DNA from: Alphaproteobacteria bacterium
GTDB lineage: Bacteria > Pseudomonadota > Alphaproteobacteria > CBDDJK01
Assembly: GCA_965229675.1 (NCBI GenBank)
Contig: OZ245897.1
Coordinates: 1,185,127 to 1,249,126, forward strand
DNA: 64,000 bases
Reading direction: 5' to 3'
The translations under genes were made by a program, and so were the position numbers. The notes beneath the pieces are model-generated. The model was given only the letters and a program-made list of their open reading frames with translations, did not search any database and was not told the DNA's origin. Within the stretch, counting starts at the first letter, position 1. Every line of letters begins with the position of its first letter. Shown in pieces: positions 10,232 through 19,285 of the stretch.

Positions 10232-11423
10232 CGGATAACCATAAACCCATCACACCCCAGCTTGAAAATAAGCTACTTGTTGAAATAACAGGCCATAATT
10301 CAGCCAAAAGCAGCGCAAATGCCCCAATAAATTGACAATCTTGACGCCAATCCCGCCAATTTTGTATGCTTTTTGCGAATAAGAAATAAATCATTGCTAA
10401 AAATAAGCAAAGACCGATCAGGCCATTTTCAACCCATAGCTCCAAATAAATATTATGTGGATGGGTCAGACATGGCTCCGTTGCATAATCAGGTTTTTGA
10501 CAATAAAGGCGATAATGCTTTGTGCCGATTCCAAAAATCCAATGATCTTTGGCAATTAATAATGTGTTTTGATAAACATTACCGTAATCAGAGGCTTTAA
10601 AATCAGCAAGTTTTGCAACTGTATTTTGAATTTGACGATTTTTAACTGCATCATCATTGATAAAAATTGCCCCTAACACCACCGCATGAATTGCAAGGAT
10701 TGAAAGAATAATCATACGATAACGCATTTCAAACAAAAGGATTATAACAAACAAGCCAAATCCTGATAATAATAATGGGCTACGCTCTCCGCTAACAACA
10801 ACGCCAATAAAAGGGATCAGCATCACTGCCACAAGCAATAAACGGATTAGATTAGTGCGTGTTTTAAAAAAATAAGCGGTTGCCCAGCCAAACGATAAGA
10901 GTGCAAATGGATAAAGAACATTGCCAAAAATGGGTGAATTAAACCATGCGGTTAGGCGGATTGAACTGTGAGGCAGGCTTCCAAATAAATCTTGCCCGAA
11001 ACCATATTGAATTAAACCGTCTATGGCTAAAATCATTCCTGAAAGCACTAACACAGGGTAAAACCAGCGTTCAACCAAAGGGTTTTTTATCAACCAATGG
11101 CTAATCGCCATGGCAAATAAACCATAACGGATGAAAGGTAATGCGCGTTCCAAACCAAATAAGGGCTGTTCTGCAAATAAACAGCGGATGATCATCCACC
11201 CCCATAATCCCAAAAATGCTAAAAACCATTTTTGCTTAACCCATGCAAAATCTTTTTGAAGCGAACTATGGATTAGAAACAAAAACCCAATAAGGGATAA
11301 GGTTACATCGGCAGGGGCGCGCCCAACCGCCATCATTGCTGGAAATAGGACAAACAAACCAACAGCGACCTGATTAAGCCGCTTTAAAAGCAAAGAAGTA
11401 TTAGCAGTTATAGCGAAATTCAC
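10191..11423 (-). CDS. O-antigen ligase / Wzy_C-family polytopic membrane protein
   Basis: About 12 TM segments with the periplasmic-loop motif H..HN.YLE..VENGLIG (THPHNIYLELWVENGLIGL) typical of the WaaL/O-antigen polymerase family. Confidence 0.6.
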   Translation of the reverse strand: MNFAITANTSLLLKRLNQVAVGLFVLFPAMMAVGRAPADVTLSLIGFLFLIHSSLQKDFAWVKQKWFLAFLGLWGWMIIRCLFAEQPLFGLERALPFIRYGLFAMAISHWLIKNPLVERWFYPVLVLSGMILAIDGLIQYGFGQDLFGSLPHSSIRLTAWFNSPIFGNVLYPFALLSFGWATAYFFKTRTNLIRLLLVAVMLIPFIGVVVSGERSPLLLSGFGLFVIILLFEMRYRMIILSILAIHAVVLGAIFINDDAVKNRQIQNTVAKLADFKASDYGNVYQNTLLIAKDHWIFGIGTKHYRLYCQKPDYATEPCLTHPHNIYLELWVENGLIGLCLFLAMIYFLFAKSIQNWRDWRQDCQFIGAFALLLAELWPVISTSSLFSSWGVMGLWLSVGLVNGWQRPTNE

Positions 11424-11942
11424 TTAATCAAATTCAGGGCGTGCCAAGGGCGGGCGTGGCCATGCCAAAACAGCATCTTTAATCACTTCAAACCACAAGG
11501 TCATTTGCGCTTGATCAATTTCTTCCACTGGTTTTATAAATGCTTCATCTATTAGATTCAAATGACTGCGAATCAATTCTGCTTGTAAATTAAACCATGG
11601 AGCTGGCACCCGATCAAATGCAATTGCTTTTTTACCTGGTTCTAGCGAAGCCCATTTAATCTCACTGCCATGTAGGGTAGGAGGCGGTAAGGCTTTACTT
11701 TCCATTCGTTCCACCGATTGCAAGATAAAATCATGCATCGCATCACGAAAAGCAGTATATTGTGGCTTGATTAATTCTTCCCATTCGGGTTGTTCTTGTG
11801 CGCGTTTGTGAAGGGTTTTACTGATCACTTCAAGGCGTAAATATTCTGCTAAATCCACCTGTTCTTCTGCATTAGTGGTGTCATTCACAAAAGATAATAG
11901 CAACATTACAGCTATTAACTTATAAAATTTAATCTTTATCAT
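11424..11942 (-). CDS. Hypothetical exported protein with an N-terminal signal peptide
   Basis: 172 aa starting MIKIKFYKLIAVMLLLSFVNDTTNA. Its ATG overlaps the TGA of the hydrolase gene fragment (ATGA). The first 8 codons are duplicated at 14718-14741. Confidence 0.5.
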   Translation of the reverse strand: MIKIKFYKLIAVMLLLSFVNDTTNAEEQVDLAEYLRLEVISKTLHKRAQEQPEWEELIKPQYTAFRDAMHDFILQSVERMESKALPPPTLHGSEIKWASLEPGKKAIAFDRVPAPWFNLQAELIRSHLNLIDEAFIKPVEEIDQAQMTLWFEVIKDAVLAWPRPPLARPEFD

Positions 11943-12275
11943 GGTATTTCATTTCCTAAAAAATCAATGATTGGCTTAATTTGATCCTCGTAAAACAAAG
12001 AAGGCGCATGCCCACAACCATCCAATGCTAAATAGCGCACTTTATACCCTGTCTCAACCATTTTACATGCTGTTTCATTCGATAATAAATCTGATTCGAT
12101 CCCACGAATCAACAAGATAGGCATGGTTGCATGTTTCCAAAATGGCCATAGATCAAGATCACTTTTCGCTAAATCTTTAAAATTATCTGAAAGTGCAGGA
12201 TCATAACTGCGAACATAACCGCCATCAGGATGTGGTTTAAGGCTAATCTCAGCTATAAATTTCCAGTCTTCATCG
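11920..12275. repeat. Copy 1 of a 356-bp direct repeat (about 95% identical to 14719-15074)
   Basis: Aligned by eye, the two copies sit at a constant offset of 2799 bp from 11920/14719 to 12275/15074 with a handful of mismatches, then diverge. Confidence 0.85.
11939..12275 (-). pseudogene. 3' fragment of the alpha/beta-hydrolase gene (truncated duplicate of 14738-15074)
   Basis: The 61-aa ORF MPILLIRGIESDLLSNETACKMVETGYKVRYLALDGCGHAPSLFYEDQIKPIIDFLGNEIP is nearly identical to the C-terminus of the 296-aa hydrolase at 14738-15628. DNA identity extends over about 356 bp. Confidence 0.85.
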
Positions 12276-12376
12276 ACAGCACATACGCACCAAGAATATC
12301 TGATTTGTCGGCATCTTAGACGAAAAGATCAATAATTTTAATGGACTCTTTTATAATAATTCTAAATTTTATCGCA

Positions 12377-14118
12377 TTAAAACTTAAAGTCAATTTGTAA
12401 CTTAGCGGTGTTATGTGCTTCGCTATCATTAAAACTAGGATTATGGGTAAGGTCAACTGCACCCATTAGCCTATCATTCAAACTATTAAATTTTAATCCC
12501 ATGCCAAAGATTTGTCCACTTGTATCGGTGAAATTCGATTTCAAATAAGGACTGGCGATGCCGATATTTTGCTGATTATTAGCATTGACATTGAAGCCAT
12601 AGGCAATAAGACCAGACAGATTATATTCACTATAATCATTGCGTCCAACAACACCAGATGATTCTAATGTTCCAGACCATCCAATATCATCGGATGCAAT
12701 AAGCACGCCACCGCCAATATTGAACGCCCCACTATCGCCATTGGTTTTATCGGTGAAATCATGCAAATAATCTGTTTTGAAAAATGGCTGAATGGTAGCA
12801 TCACCCGATGTCGTGCGATAGGAAATTTCAATCCCCGGTCTCAGTTGTCTAGTATTACTGGTTTCGCTATCGACCACTGTTCCATCACTTTCGCTATAGC
12901 CATCATTTTTCTTGCGGGCGAATAAAAAACCAAGGCGTGGTTTTAATTCTAATCCCTGATTAGCTAAAGGCGTAAATTTACCTTCGGCCAGAATATCAGC
13001 GAACCAGTTTATAGAGTTTGTGTTACTGGTCACCGTTTCATTATCGCGGTTTTGATTAATAGAACCATGAGCATAACCTGCCATGGCAGTAATGGATAAA
13101 TCAGGTCGCACACGATAAAGTGCATAGGGTGTTATTGACTTGCTTGTTTCGTCATAATCACCATCGTTAAAATTGGTGGTAAGGTTGGTTTCGCTATACC
13201 CTACGCTTACGCCAGCGGTTAGGCGATCATTATAACGATAATCCCCACCTAAATTATAGCCCCAAACATCACCAGAATAAGCCCCATCAGCACTATCATT
13301 ATCAACATTTGACTGATTGGCCTGCCCCCAAATTGTGAAACGGCGATTATCCAGCTCTAGTCTTTGTTGATCTGGCATACCAGTGGTATCCCCATCTGTG
13401 GACAAAATTAAATCATTGCTGTTAAATGATAATTTATTAAATAATTCACGCAAATCGCCTTGACGATAGGTAAGTTCATCATTTGCCGACAAGGAAGTTG
13501 CAAAACCTGTATTTTGTGTGGTTAACGCACCAATACCAGCAGACAAATTACTTAAATGGCTTTGCACATTATTGACCGTCACATTGGTCTGTGAACGCGA
13601 AATAGACGCAAACATATTGGTTCGTGAAGATATATAATGGGCAGAATCACCCGGAACACTACATGTTGCCGAAACGCTGTAAGAAAAATTCAAATTATTA
13701 AGGGCACTGATCATAAAACTGCTGCCCTCTTTCTCAATTGTATATGAATATGCTTGACTATCTTTTCGGTTCAATGTGAGGACTGCTATCTCATCTCCAT
13801 CATTTATAAAATCATTTGTATCTGTATAATAAATAGCTACATCAACCGAAGCTGCGCTCGAACTGTCATCTCTGGGACGCTCTACTGTAAACGTAATCCT
13901 CTCCCCGACAAACAACCCCCGATCATTATAAAAAACACGCAGATAATAATACTGACCATCAAAACCATTTTCAATAAAATCAGGTTCAGAAGTGAAGTTA
14001 GCACACCCCTCCGATATGGCCCAAGCGGGATTAGGTAGGGAAGTTACCCCCCCCCGCAAATCAGGGCGGTTAACGCCAATTTGGCAAAATTTTTCTTCAA
14101 ATGGTTAAAGCTAAGCAC
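12377..14118 (-). CDS. Autotransporter (type Va) outer-membrane protein whose signal-peptide coding region is interrupted by a +1 frameshift in a G9 homopolymer (candidate phase-variable gene, currently OFF)
   Basis: The C-terminal ~280 aa form an autotransporter beta-barrel ending KLQIDFKF with a terminal aromatic residue. The annotated frame 12377-14059 has no signal peptide. A second frame starts at GTG 14118 with a GAGG ribosome-binding site 7 nt upstream and encodes MLSFNHLKKNFAKLALTALICGGG before hitting TAA directly after the G9 tract (plus-strand C run 14047-14055). A G10 or G7 tract would fuse this signal peptide in frame to …VTSLPNPAWA|ISEG (AxA cleavage site). Confidence 0.7.
14047..14055 (-). 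repeat. Homopolymeric G9 tract (C9 on plus strand), a slipped-strand mispairing site within the autotransporter 5' coding region
   Basis: Nine consecutive C residues on the plus strand. Frame analysis shows the tract separates the signal-peptide frame from the mature-protein frame. Confidence 0.8.
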
Positions 14119-14158
14119 CCAAAAACCTCAATTTTAAATTATATTCACAAAGCGCAAA

Positions 14159-14731
14159 ATGCAGGCTATGATCAAGAAGTCAAGAAAAAATCATTTAACT
14201 AAGGTATTGATGATCATGTTCTACGATTCCTATATCAATCCATTGAATAACGCAATTATCTTTATTGTTCAACTGATAAATAATTGCCCAGTCTATATGT
14301 CTGCTGATAGGTCTTTGCAAAATAGCAAGCGCACTATTGTTATGGTGGAGTCGAATAAACTTCTGGAATTATGGCGAAACGATCCACTTACGCGTCATGC
14401 TGAAATTGCTTACGGAAATCCTGAAAGCTGGTGTAAAGATTATAAATATCATAATGCAGAACAAGGATTTTTAGCGGGCAAAGACAATCCCGTTCCGCTT
14501 GCCGAAATTTCCTATCAGGAATTATCCGAAGCCTATCACAAAAAGAGAGTGACAAGCAGGTTGTTTCAACAAAACCCAAAGAAAATATCTTGTATTTCCT
14601 TTACCAATGGCATTACAAGAACAATCTGGCTTTTATCAAATGGTGCAAGCCATTTTCCTGTTGAATTATATGATTTTAGTGAAGCCGAAAAATTGGCTAA
14701 CATTATGCAAACAGAAATTTATAAAATTTAA
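14159..14731 (+). CDS. Hypothetical protein with a C-terminal ParB/sulfiredoxin-like motif
   Basis: 190 aa, transcribed divergently from the autotransporter. The C-terminal region ISFTNGITRTIWLLSNGASHFPVEL resembles the ParB/Srx-fold signature (DGxHRxxAhxxxGxxxhPV). The last 12 nt overlap the start of repeat copy 2. The exact start is uncertain. Confidence 0.4.
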   Translation: MQAMIKKSRKNHLTKVLMIMFYDSYINPLNNAIIFIVQLINNCPVYMSADRSLQNSKRTIVMVESNKLLELWRNDPLTRHAEIAYGNPESWCKDYKYHNAEQGFLAGKDNPVPLAEISYQELSEAYHKKRVTSRLFQQNPKKISCISFTNGITRTIWLLSNGASHFPVELYDFSEAEKLANIMQTEIYKI

Positions 14732-15074
14732 TCTTTATCATGGTATTTCATTTCCTACAAAATCAATGATTGGCTTAATTTGATCCTCGTAAAACAAAGA
14801 AGGCGCATGCCCACAACCATCTAATGTTAAATAGCGCACTTTATACCCTGTCTCAACCATTTTACATGCTGTTTCATTCGATAATAAATCAGATTCGATT
14901 CCACGAAGCAACAATACAGGCATGGTTGCGTGCGCCCAAAATGGCCATAGATCAAGATCACTTTTCGCTAAATCTTTAAAATTATCTGAAAGTGCAGGAT
15001 CATAACTGCGAACATAACCGCCATTAGGATGCGGTCTAAGGCTAATCTCAGCCATAAATTGCCAATCTTCATCG
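14719..15074. repeat. Copy 2 of the 356-bp direct repeat (the 3' end of the intact hydrolase gene plus the first 8 codons of the downstream exported-protein gene)
   Basis: See copy 1. It contains the intact hydrolase stop and the ATGA junction. Confidence 0.85.
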
Positions 15075-15628
15075 CCGCGAATGCCAAATGGTTGATAAAT
15101 CTCCCGAATATGGGCGATAGCTTCATCATAATTTTTGAAATGCCATGGAATTGCACAATATTCAGCAATGCGTTTTAACGCATTCTGTTCCAAAAAAGGC
15201 CCAACATCATTCAAAACCAAGCGGCGAATTGACCAATCTTGTTCGCTTTCACCTGCCGTCATACAATGCGCCAAGGCAATCAACCCACCCATTGAGGTGC
15301 CAACCCAATCAATCTCTCCTGCAAGAACGCCAGCATGGCGTAACATAAGTTGAATATCCGATAAATATTGCGGAATCGCATAATCTGCTGAATTTGTTAA
15401 AATATCACTTCTTAGCCTACCTGCCATATCAGGGCATAGGACGCGAATATCTTTATCGACAATTAACTGTTGCGCCAAACGATCAAAATCACGGCCATTG
15501 CGGGTAAGCCCATGAACGCAAACAATAATATGCTTTGCCTCAATCGCTCCCCAATCGGAATAAACCAGTCGATGCACTCCCTTTGAATCAGGGCATTCAA
15601 CAACGCCTTCACGAAAAATTGGGGGCAT
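14738..15628 (-). CDS. Alpha/beta-hydrolase fold protein
   Basis: 296 aa with the HG oxyanion region (VCVHGLTRNGRDF) and a GTSMGG nucleophile elbow (GxSxG). The start overlaps the stop of the upstream binding-protein gene by 1 nt. Confidence 0.75.
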   Translation of the reverse strand: MPPIFREGVVECPDSKGVHRLVYSDWGAIEAKHIIVCVHGLTRNGRDFDRLAQQLIVDKDIRVLCPDMAGRLRSDILTNSADYAIPQYLSDIQLMLRHAGVLAGEIDWVGTSMGGLIALAHCMTAGESEQDWSIRRLVLNDVGPFLEQNALKRIAEYCAIPWHFKNYDEAIAHIREIYQPFGIRGDEDWQFMAEISLRPHPNGGYVRSYDPALSDNFKDLAKSDLDLWPFWAHATMPVLLLRGIESDLLSNETACKMVETGYKVRYLTLDGCGHAPSLFYEDQIKPIIDFVGNEIP

Positions 15629-17418
15629 TATGGTTTAATCCACCAGCTGGTAAAATCAGCCCCCATGCGTGAAAATCGTTCAGGAAAACCAATGCGTGAT
15701 GACCAAGCCAATCGTTCGGTATCTGCATAATAATGCGGGATCATCAAAAAGCTCCATTGCAAAATTCGGTCAAGCGCACGCACATGGGTAATAAGGGATT
15801 CACGGCTATCCGCCACGATTAATTGTTCAATCAACTGATCAATTGCTGGATTTTGAATCCCCATAACATTACGCCCACCCTTAATTGTTGCACTTTGCGC
15901 CCCCCAATATTCACGCTGTTCGTTCCCAGGTGAATTGCTTTGGGCGATGCCATGGACGATCATGTCAAAATCATGGTTCCGAAGCCGTTCAATATATTGT
16001 GCGCTATCGACTATCCTTAAATTAATTGCCCCGCCTAATCGTTCAACCCCACGCACCAAGGCTTGGCTATGAGGAACAAGGCTGTCTGAAGATAGCATGA
16101 GTTCAAACTCCAATAGCTTACCTGTTTCTTGATGGGTTAGTTTGCCGTCTTGAACAATCCAACCAGCCTCCTTTAACAGCATCGCGGCTTTTCGCAGATT
16201 ATTACGATCCAGCCCACTGCCATCTGATACAGGTGGGCTATAAGCTTCGGTAAAGACCCGCTCTGGTAGGCTATCACGCAATGGTTCAAGCAAAGCTAAT
16301 TCTTCAGGACTTGGTAAACCTTCTGCCGCCAATTCTGAATTATCAAAATAGCTATCAATGCGTTTATAAGCTTCATACATTAAATTACGATTAACCCATT
16401 CAAAATCCCATACATAGCTTAACGCTTCGCGCACACGGACATCTTTGAATATGTCGCGGCGTAAATTAAACGCAAAACCTTGCATTTGTGCAACGCGTTC
16501 ATGGGTAAATTCATCGCGTTGAATGTCGCCGCGCTTCACCGCCTCAACTTCAAATGCAGTTGCCCATTCTTTGGCACTATTTTCACGCCAAATATCCAAT
16601 TTTCCTGCTTTGAATGCTTCGCGTGAGATGGTGCGATCCCGATAATAATCATAACGGACAATATCAAAATTATAAAATCCACGATTAACGGGTAAATCTT
16701 TTCCCCAATAGTCCTTTACCCGCTCATATTCTATATATTTGCCTGCTTCAAACCGCTTTATACGATAAGGGCCAGAAGAAACATAGGGGGTAAGGGTGGT
16801 TTTGGTAAAATCACGCCCCTGCCAATCCTGTTTGGAAAGAATCGATAATTGTCCAAGAATCATCGCCATTTCAGGATTGGGACGATTTAAAGAAAATCGA
16901 ACAATATGGCTGGTTTCAGCCTCCACCATGCTAACATCACCATAATAAAAACGATAAAGCGGTGCGCCTTGTTCAACAAGCATATTGAATGTCCATACAA
17001 TATCTTCGGCAAGGATTGGGTTGCCATCATGGAAACGTGCTTCATCACGCAATTTAAACCGAATGGTTTTTTGATCCTTGCTAATATCAACCCATTCAGC
17101 TAAATTGCCATAGCTTCCTGATGGTTCATCACGATTAGCCACCAATAAATTATCAAAAATAAGCCCCAATCCTGTTGCCGCATCACCTTTAATAATAAAG
17201 GGATTTAGGTTATCGAATGATCCAATCGCCTCCAGTCTTACCGTGCCGCCCTTTGGTGCATCTGGATTAACATAAGGGAAATGGGTGAAATCTGGGGGCA
17301 ATTCGGGTTTGCCATGGGTTGCAATGCTAAATGAAGGGTCGGCGAAACTTGGATGCATGATTGTTTGCAACAAACCCACCATGATAAAAATGATTATGGA
17401 AACTCTGCTGATTAACAT
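15628..17418 (-). CDS. ABC-transporter substrate-binding protein, family 5 (oligopeptide/YejA-like)
   Basis: 596 aa with a signal peptide (MLISRVSIIIFIMVGLLQTIMHPSFA) and SBP_bac_5 composition and length. No permease or ATPase genes are adjacent. Confidence 0.7.
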   Translation of the reverse strand: MLISRVSIIIFIMVGLLQTIMHPSFADPSFSIATHGKPELPPDFTHFPYVNPDAPKGGTVRLEAIGSFDNLNPFIIKGDAATGLGLIFDNLLVANRDEPSGSYGNLAEWVDISKDQKTIRFKLRDEARFHDGNPILAEDIVWTFNMLVEQGAPLYRFYYGDVSMVEAETSHIVRFSLNRPNPEMAMILGQLSILSKQDWQGRDFTKTTLTPYVSSGPYRIKRFEAGKYIEYERVKDYWGKDLPVNRGFYNFDIVRYDYYRDRTISREAFKAGKLDIWRENSAKEWATAFEVEAVKRGDIQRDEFTHERVAQMQGFAFNLRRDIFKDVRVREALSYVWDFEWVNRNLMYEAYKRIDSYFDNSELAAEGLPSPEELALLEPLRDSLPERVFTEAYSPPVSDGSGLDRNNLRKAAMLLKEAGWIVQDGKLTHQETGKLLEFELMLSSDSLVPHSQALVRGVERLGGAINLRIVDSAQYIERLRNHDFDMIVHGIAQSNSPGNEQREYWGAQSATIKGGRNVMGIQNPAIDQLIEQLIVADSRESLITHVRALDRILQWSFLMIPHYYADTERLAWSSRIGFPERFSRMGADFTSWWIKP

Positions 17419-17486
17419 GATATGCCTCTTTTATCTGCATTCGCCAGATTAGATTTATGTTTCTTTAAAAGCTGGCGATAGGCGGC

Positions 17487-17560
17487 TGGAGCGGGTGAAG
17501 GGAATCGAACCCTCGTATTCAGCTTGGGAAGCTGATGTTCTACCATTGAACTACACCCGC
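17487..17560 (-). tRNA. tRNA-Gly (anticodon CCC)
   Basis: Reverse complement reads GCGGGTGTAGTTCAATGGTAGAACATCAGCTTCCCAAGCTGAATACGAGGGTTCGATTCCCTTCACCCGCTCCA. It has a 7-bp acceptor stem, a D-loop AGTTCAATGGTAGA, the anticodon loop CTTCCCAAG (anticodon CCC), the T-loop GGTTCGATTCC, discriminator U and an encoded CCA. Confidence 0.9.
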
Positions 17561-17632
17561 AATTGATCTATGATTTTTATCAATTTATAAATTCTCAACT
17601 CTTGTAACCGATCAATCACGCTTAGGCAAGCC

Positions 17633-18535
17633 ATGGACTTAGACAAAAAACAAATGCTTACTGCTTATCTGTTGCTTGTGGGTGCAACCTTAATGTGGAG
17701 TGCCCATGCGATTGTTGGCAAGTTAGCTGTTGGTACCTTATCCCCCCTAACCTTGGTCACATTGCGTTGGGCGTTTGTTGCACCGTTCGTTACGCTGATT
17801 ACTTGGCATAAGCTTAAACAACATAAATCGCTGATTCCTTCTATCATTCCATTCGCGCTTGGTATGGGTACCGTTGGCTTCACCAGCTTTAACGGACTTT
17901 TTTATATGGCAGCCCATACGACCAGCGCAATCAATATTGGTATTACGCAAGGTTCAGTTCCTGTATTTGTCTTGATTATCAGTCGTTTATTGTTCAAACA
18001 TCCGCTTCATGCCGCTTCGGTCATTGGAATTTTAATCACGCTTGGTGGGGTTATTCTGGTTGCAAGTGGTGGGTCGTGGGAACAGCTTAGCACCTTTAAT
18101 ATTGCGCTTGGCGATGGGCTTATGATCCTAGCCTGTCTTTGCTATGCGCTTTATACCAATGGATTATTTAAACGCCCTGCAATGGACGGTTTAACCTTTT
18201 TTGGCATTGCGGCATGGGGCGGATTAATCAGTTCCCTCCCGTTTATGGCTTATGAAGCGGCAACCAACCAAATGTTGCTTCCTGACAGCCAATCAGATTG
18301 GTTTTTACTTGGCTTTATTGCATTAATGCCATCTTTTCTTGCACAATTTTTCTTCTTAAAAGGTGTGGATGCACTTGGCCCTTCGCGTGCTGGAATTTTT
18401 TTAAACCTTGTCCCTATTTTCGCGGCGATTATGGCTGTAACCTTTTTAAATGAAGCCTTATACACCTATCACATTATTGCATTAATCTTGGTAATGGGTG
18501 GAATTTATCTGGCTGAATATCGCCATCATCGCTAG
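17633..18535 (+). CDS. DMT-superfamily transporter (EamA/RhaT family)
   Basis: 300 aa with 10 predicted TM helices in two EamA-type halves. Confidence 0.7.
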   Translation: MDLDKKQMLTAYLLLVGATLMWSAHAIVGKLAVGTLSPLTLVTLRWAFVAPFVTLITWHKLKQHKSLIPSIIPFALGMGTVGFTSFNGLFYMAAHTTSAINIGITQGSVPVFVLIISRLLFKHPLHAASVIGILITLGGVILVASGGSWEQLSTFNIALGDGLMILACLCYALYTNGLFKRPAMDGLTFFGIAAWGGLISSLPFMAYEAATNQMLLPDSQSDWFLLGFIALMPSFLAQFFFLKGVDALGPSRAGIFLNLVPIFAAIMAVTFLNEALYTYHIIALILVMGGIYLAEYRHHR

Positions 18536-18547
18536 AAAGATATAAAT

Positions 18548-19285
18548 CTAATAATCCGCTTTGATAAAATAAAGTCCATGCGCAGGGGCGGTGGCACCAG
18601 CCGCAATGCGTGATTTTGCTTCTAACATGGTTTGAATGGCATCGGGGAGATGCTTGTGGTGACCGATTTCAGCCAAGGTGCCAACCATATTACGCACCTG
18701 ATGATGAAGGAAGGAGCGCGCAGAAAACCCAAAAATTATCTGTTCGCCTTGCTGTTCAAGCGTTACCGCATCCAATGTTTTCATTGGTGATTTTGCCTGA
18801 CAATGTGATGCACGAAAGCTCGTAAAATCATGGTGGCCAAGCAAATATTGTGATGCTTTGCGCATTGCCTCAAGATCCAAAGGCCGCATAATATGCCACA
18901 CCCGATTAGCGTGTAGCACCGATGATGCAGGGCGATTTAATATGCGATAACAATAATGTCGCTTAATCGCCGAAAAACGCGCATGAAACTGTTCGGTTAC
19001 TTTTATAACCTCAACAACACGCACAGGCATATCAAGTAACCAAGCATTAAGGGCACCAAAAATTTCTTGTTCTGTGGTCGGACGCTTAACATCAACATGA
19101 ACCGACATTGCCAAGGCATGCACGCCTGCATCGGTGCGCCCAGCAGCAAATAATTGAACTTCTTCTTGACAAAATCGATGGATAGCCTGTTCTAATAAGG
19201 CTTGGACGCTGGTTCCCTCTTTTTGTTTTTGCCAGCCAACCAGCCCCGTTCCATCATATTCAATGCGTAGGTGCCAGCGTTGCAT
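18548..19285 (-). CDS. truA: tRNA pseudouridine(38-40) synthase TruA
   Basis: 245 aa starting MQRWHLRIEYDGTGLVGWQKQ with the catalytic Asp motif (AAGRTDAGVHA). Confidence 0.9.
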   Translation of the reverse strand: MQRWHLRIEYDGTGLVGWQKQKEGTSVQALLEQAIHRFCQEEVQLFAAGRTDAGVHALAMSVHVDVKRPTTEQEIFGALNAWLLDMPVRVVEVIKVTEQFHARFSAIKRHYCYRILNRPASSVLHANRVWHIMRPLDLEAMRKASQYLLGHHDFTSFRASHCQAKSPMKTLDAVTLEQQGEQIIFGFSARSFLHHQVRNMVGTLAEIGHHKHLPDAIQTMLEAKSRIAAGATAPAHGLYFIKADY

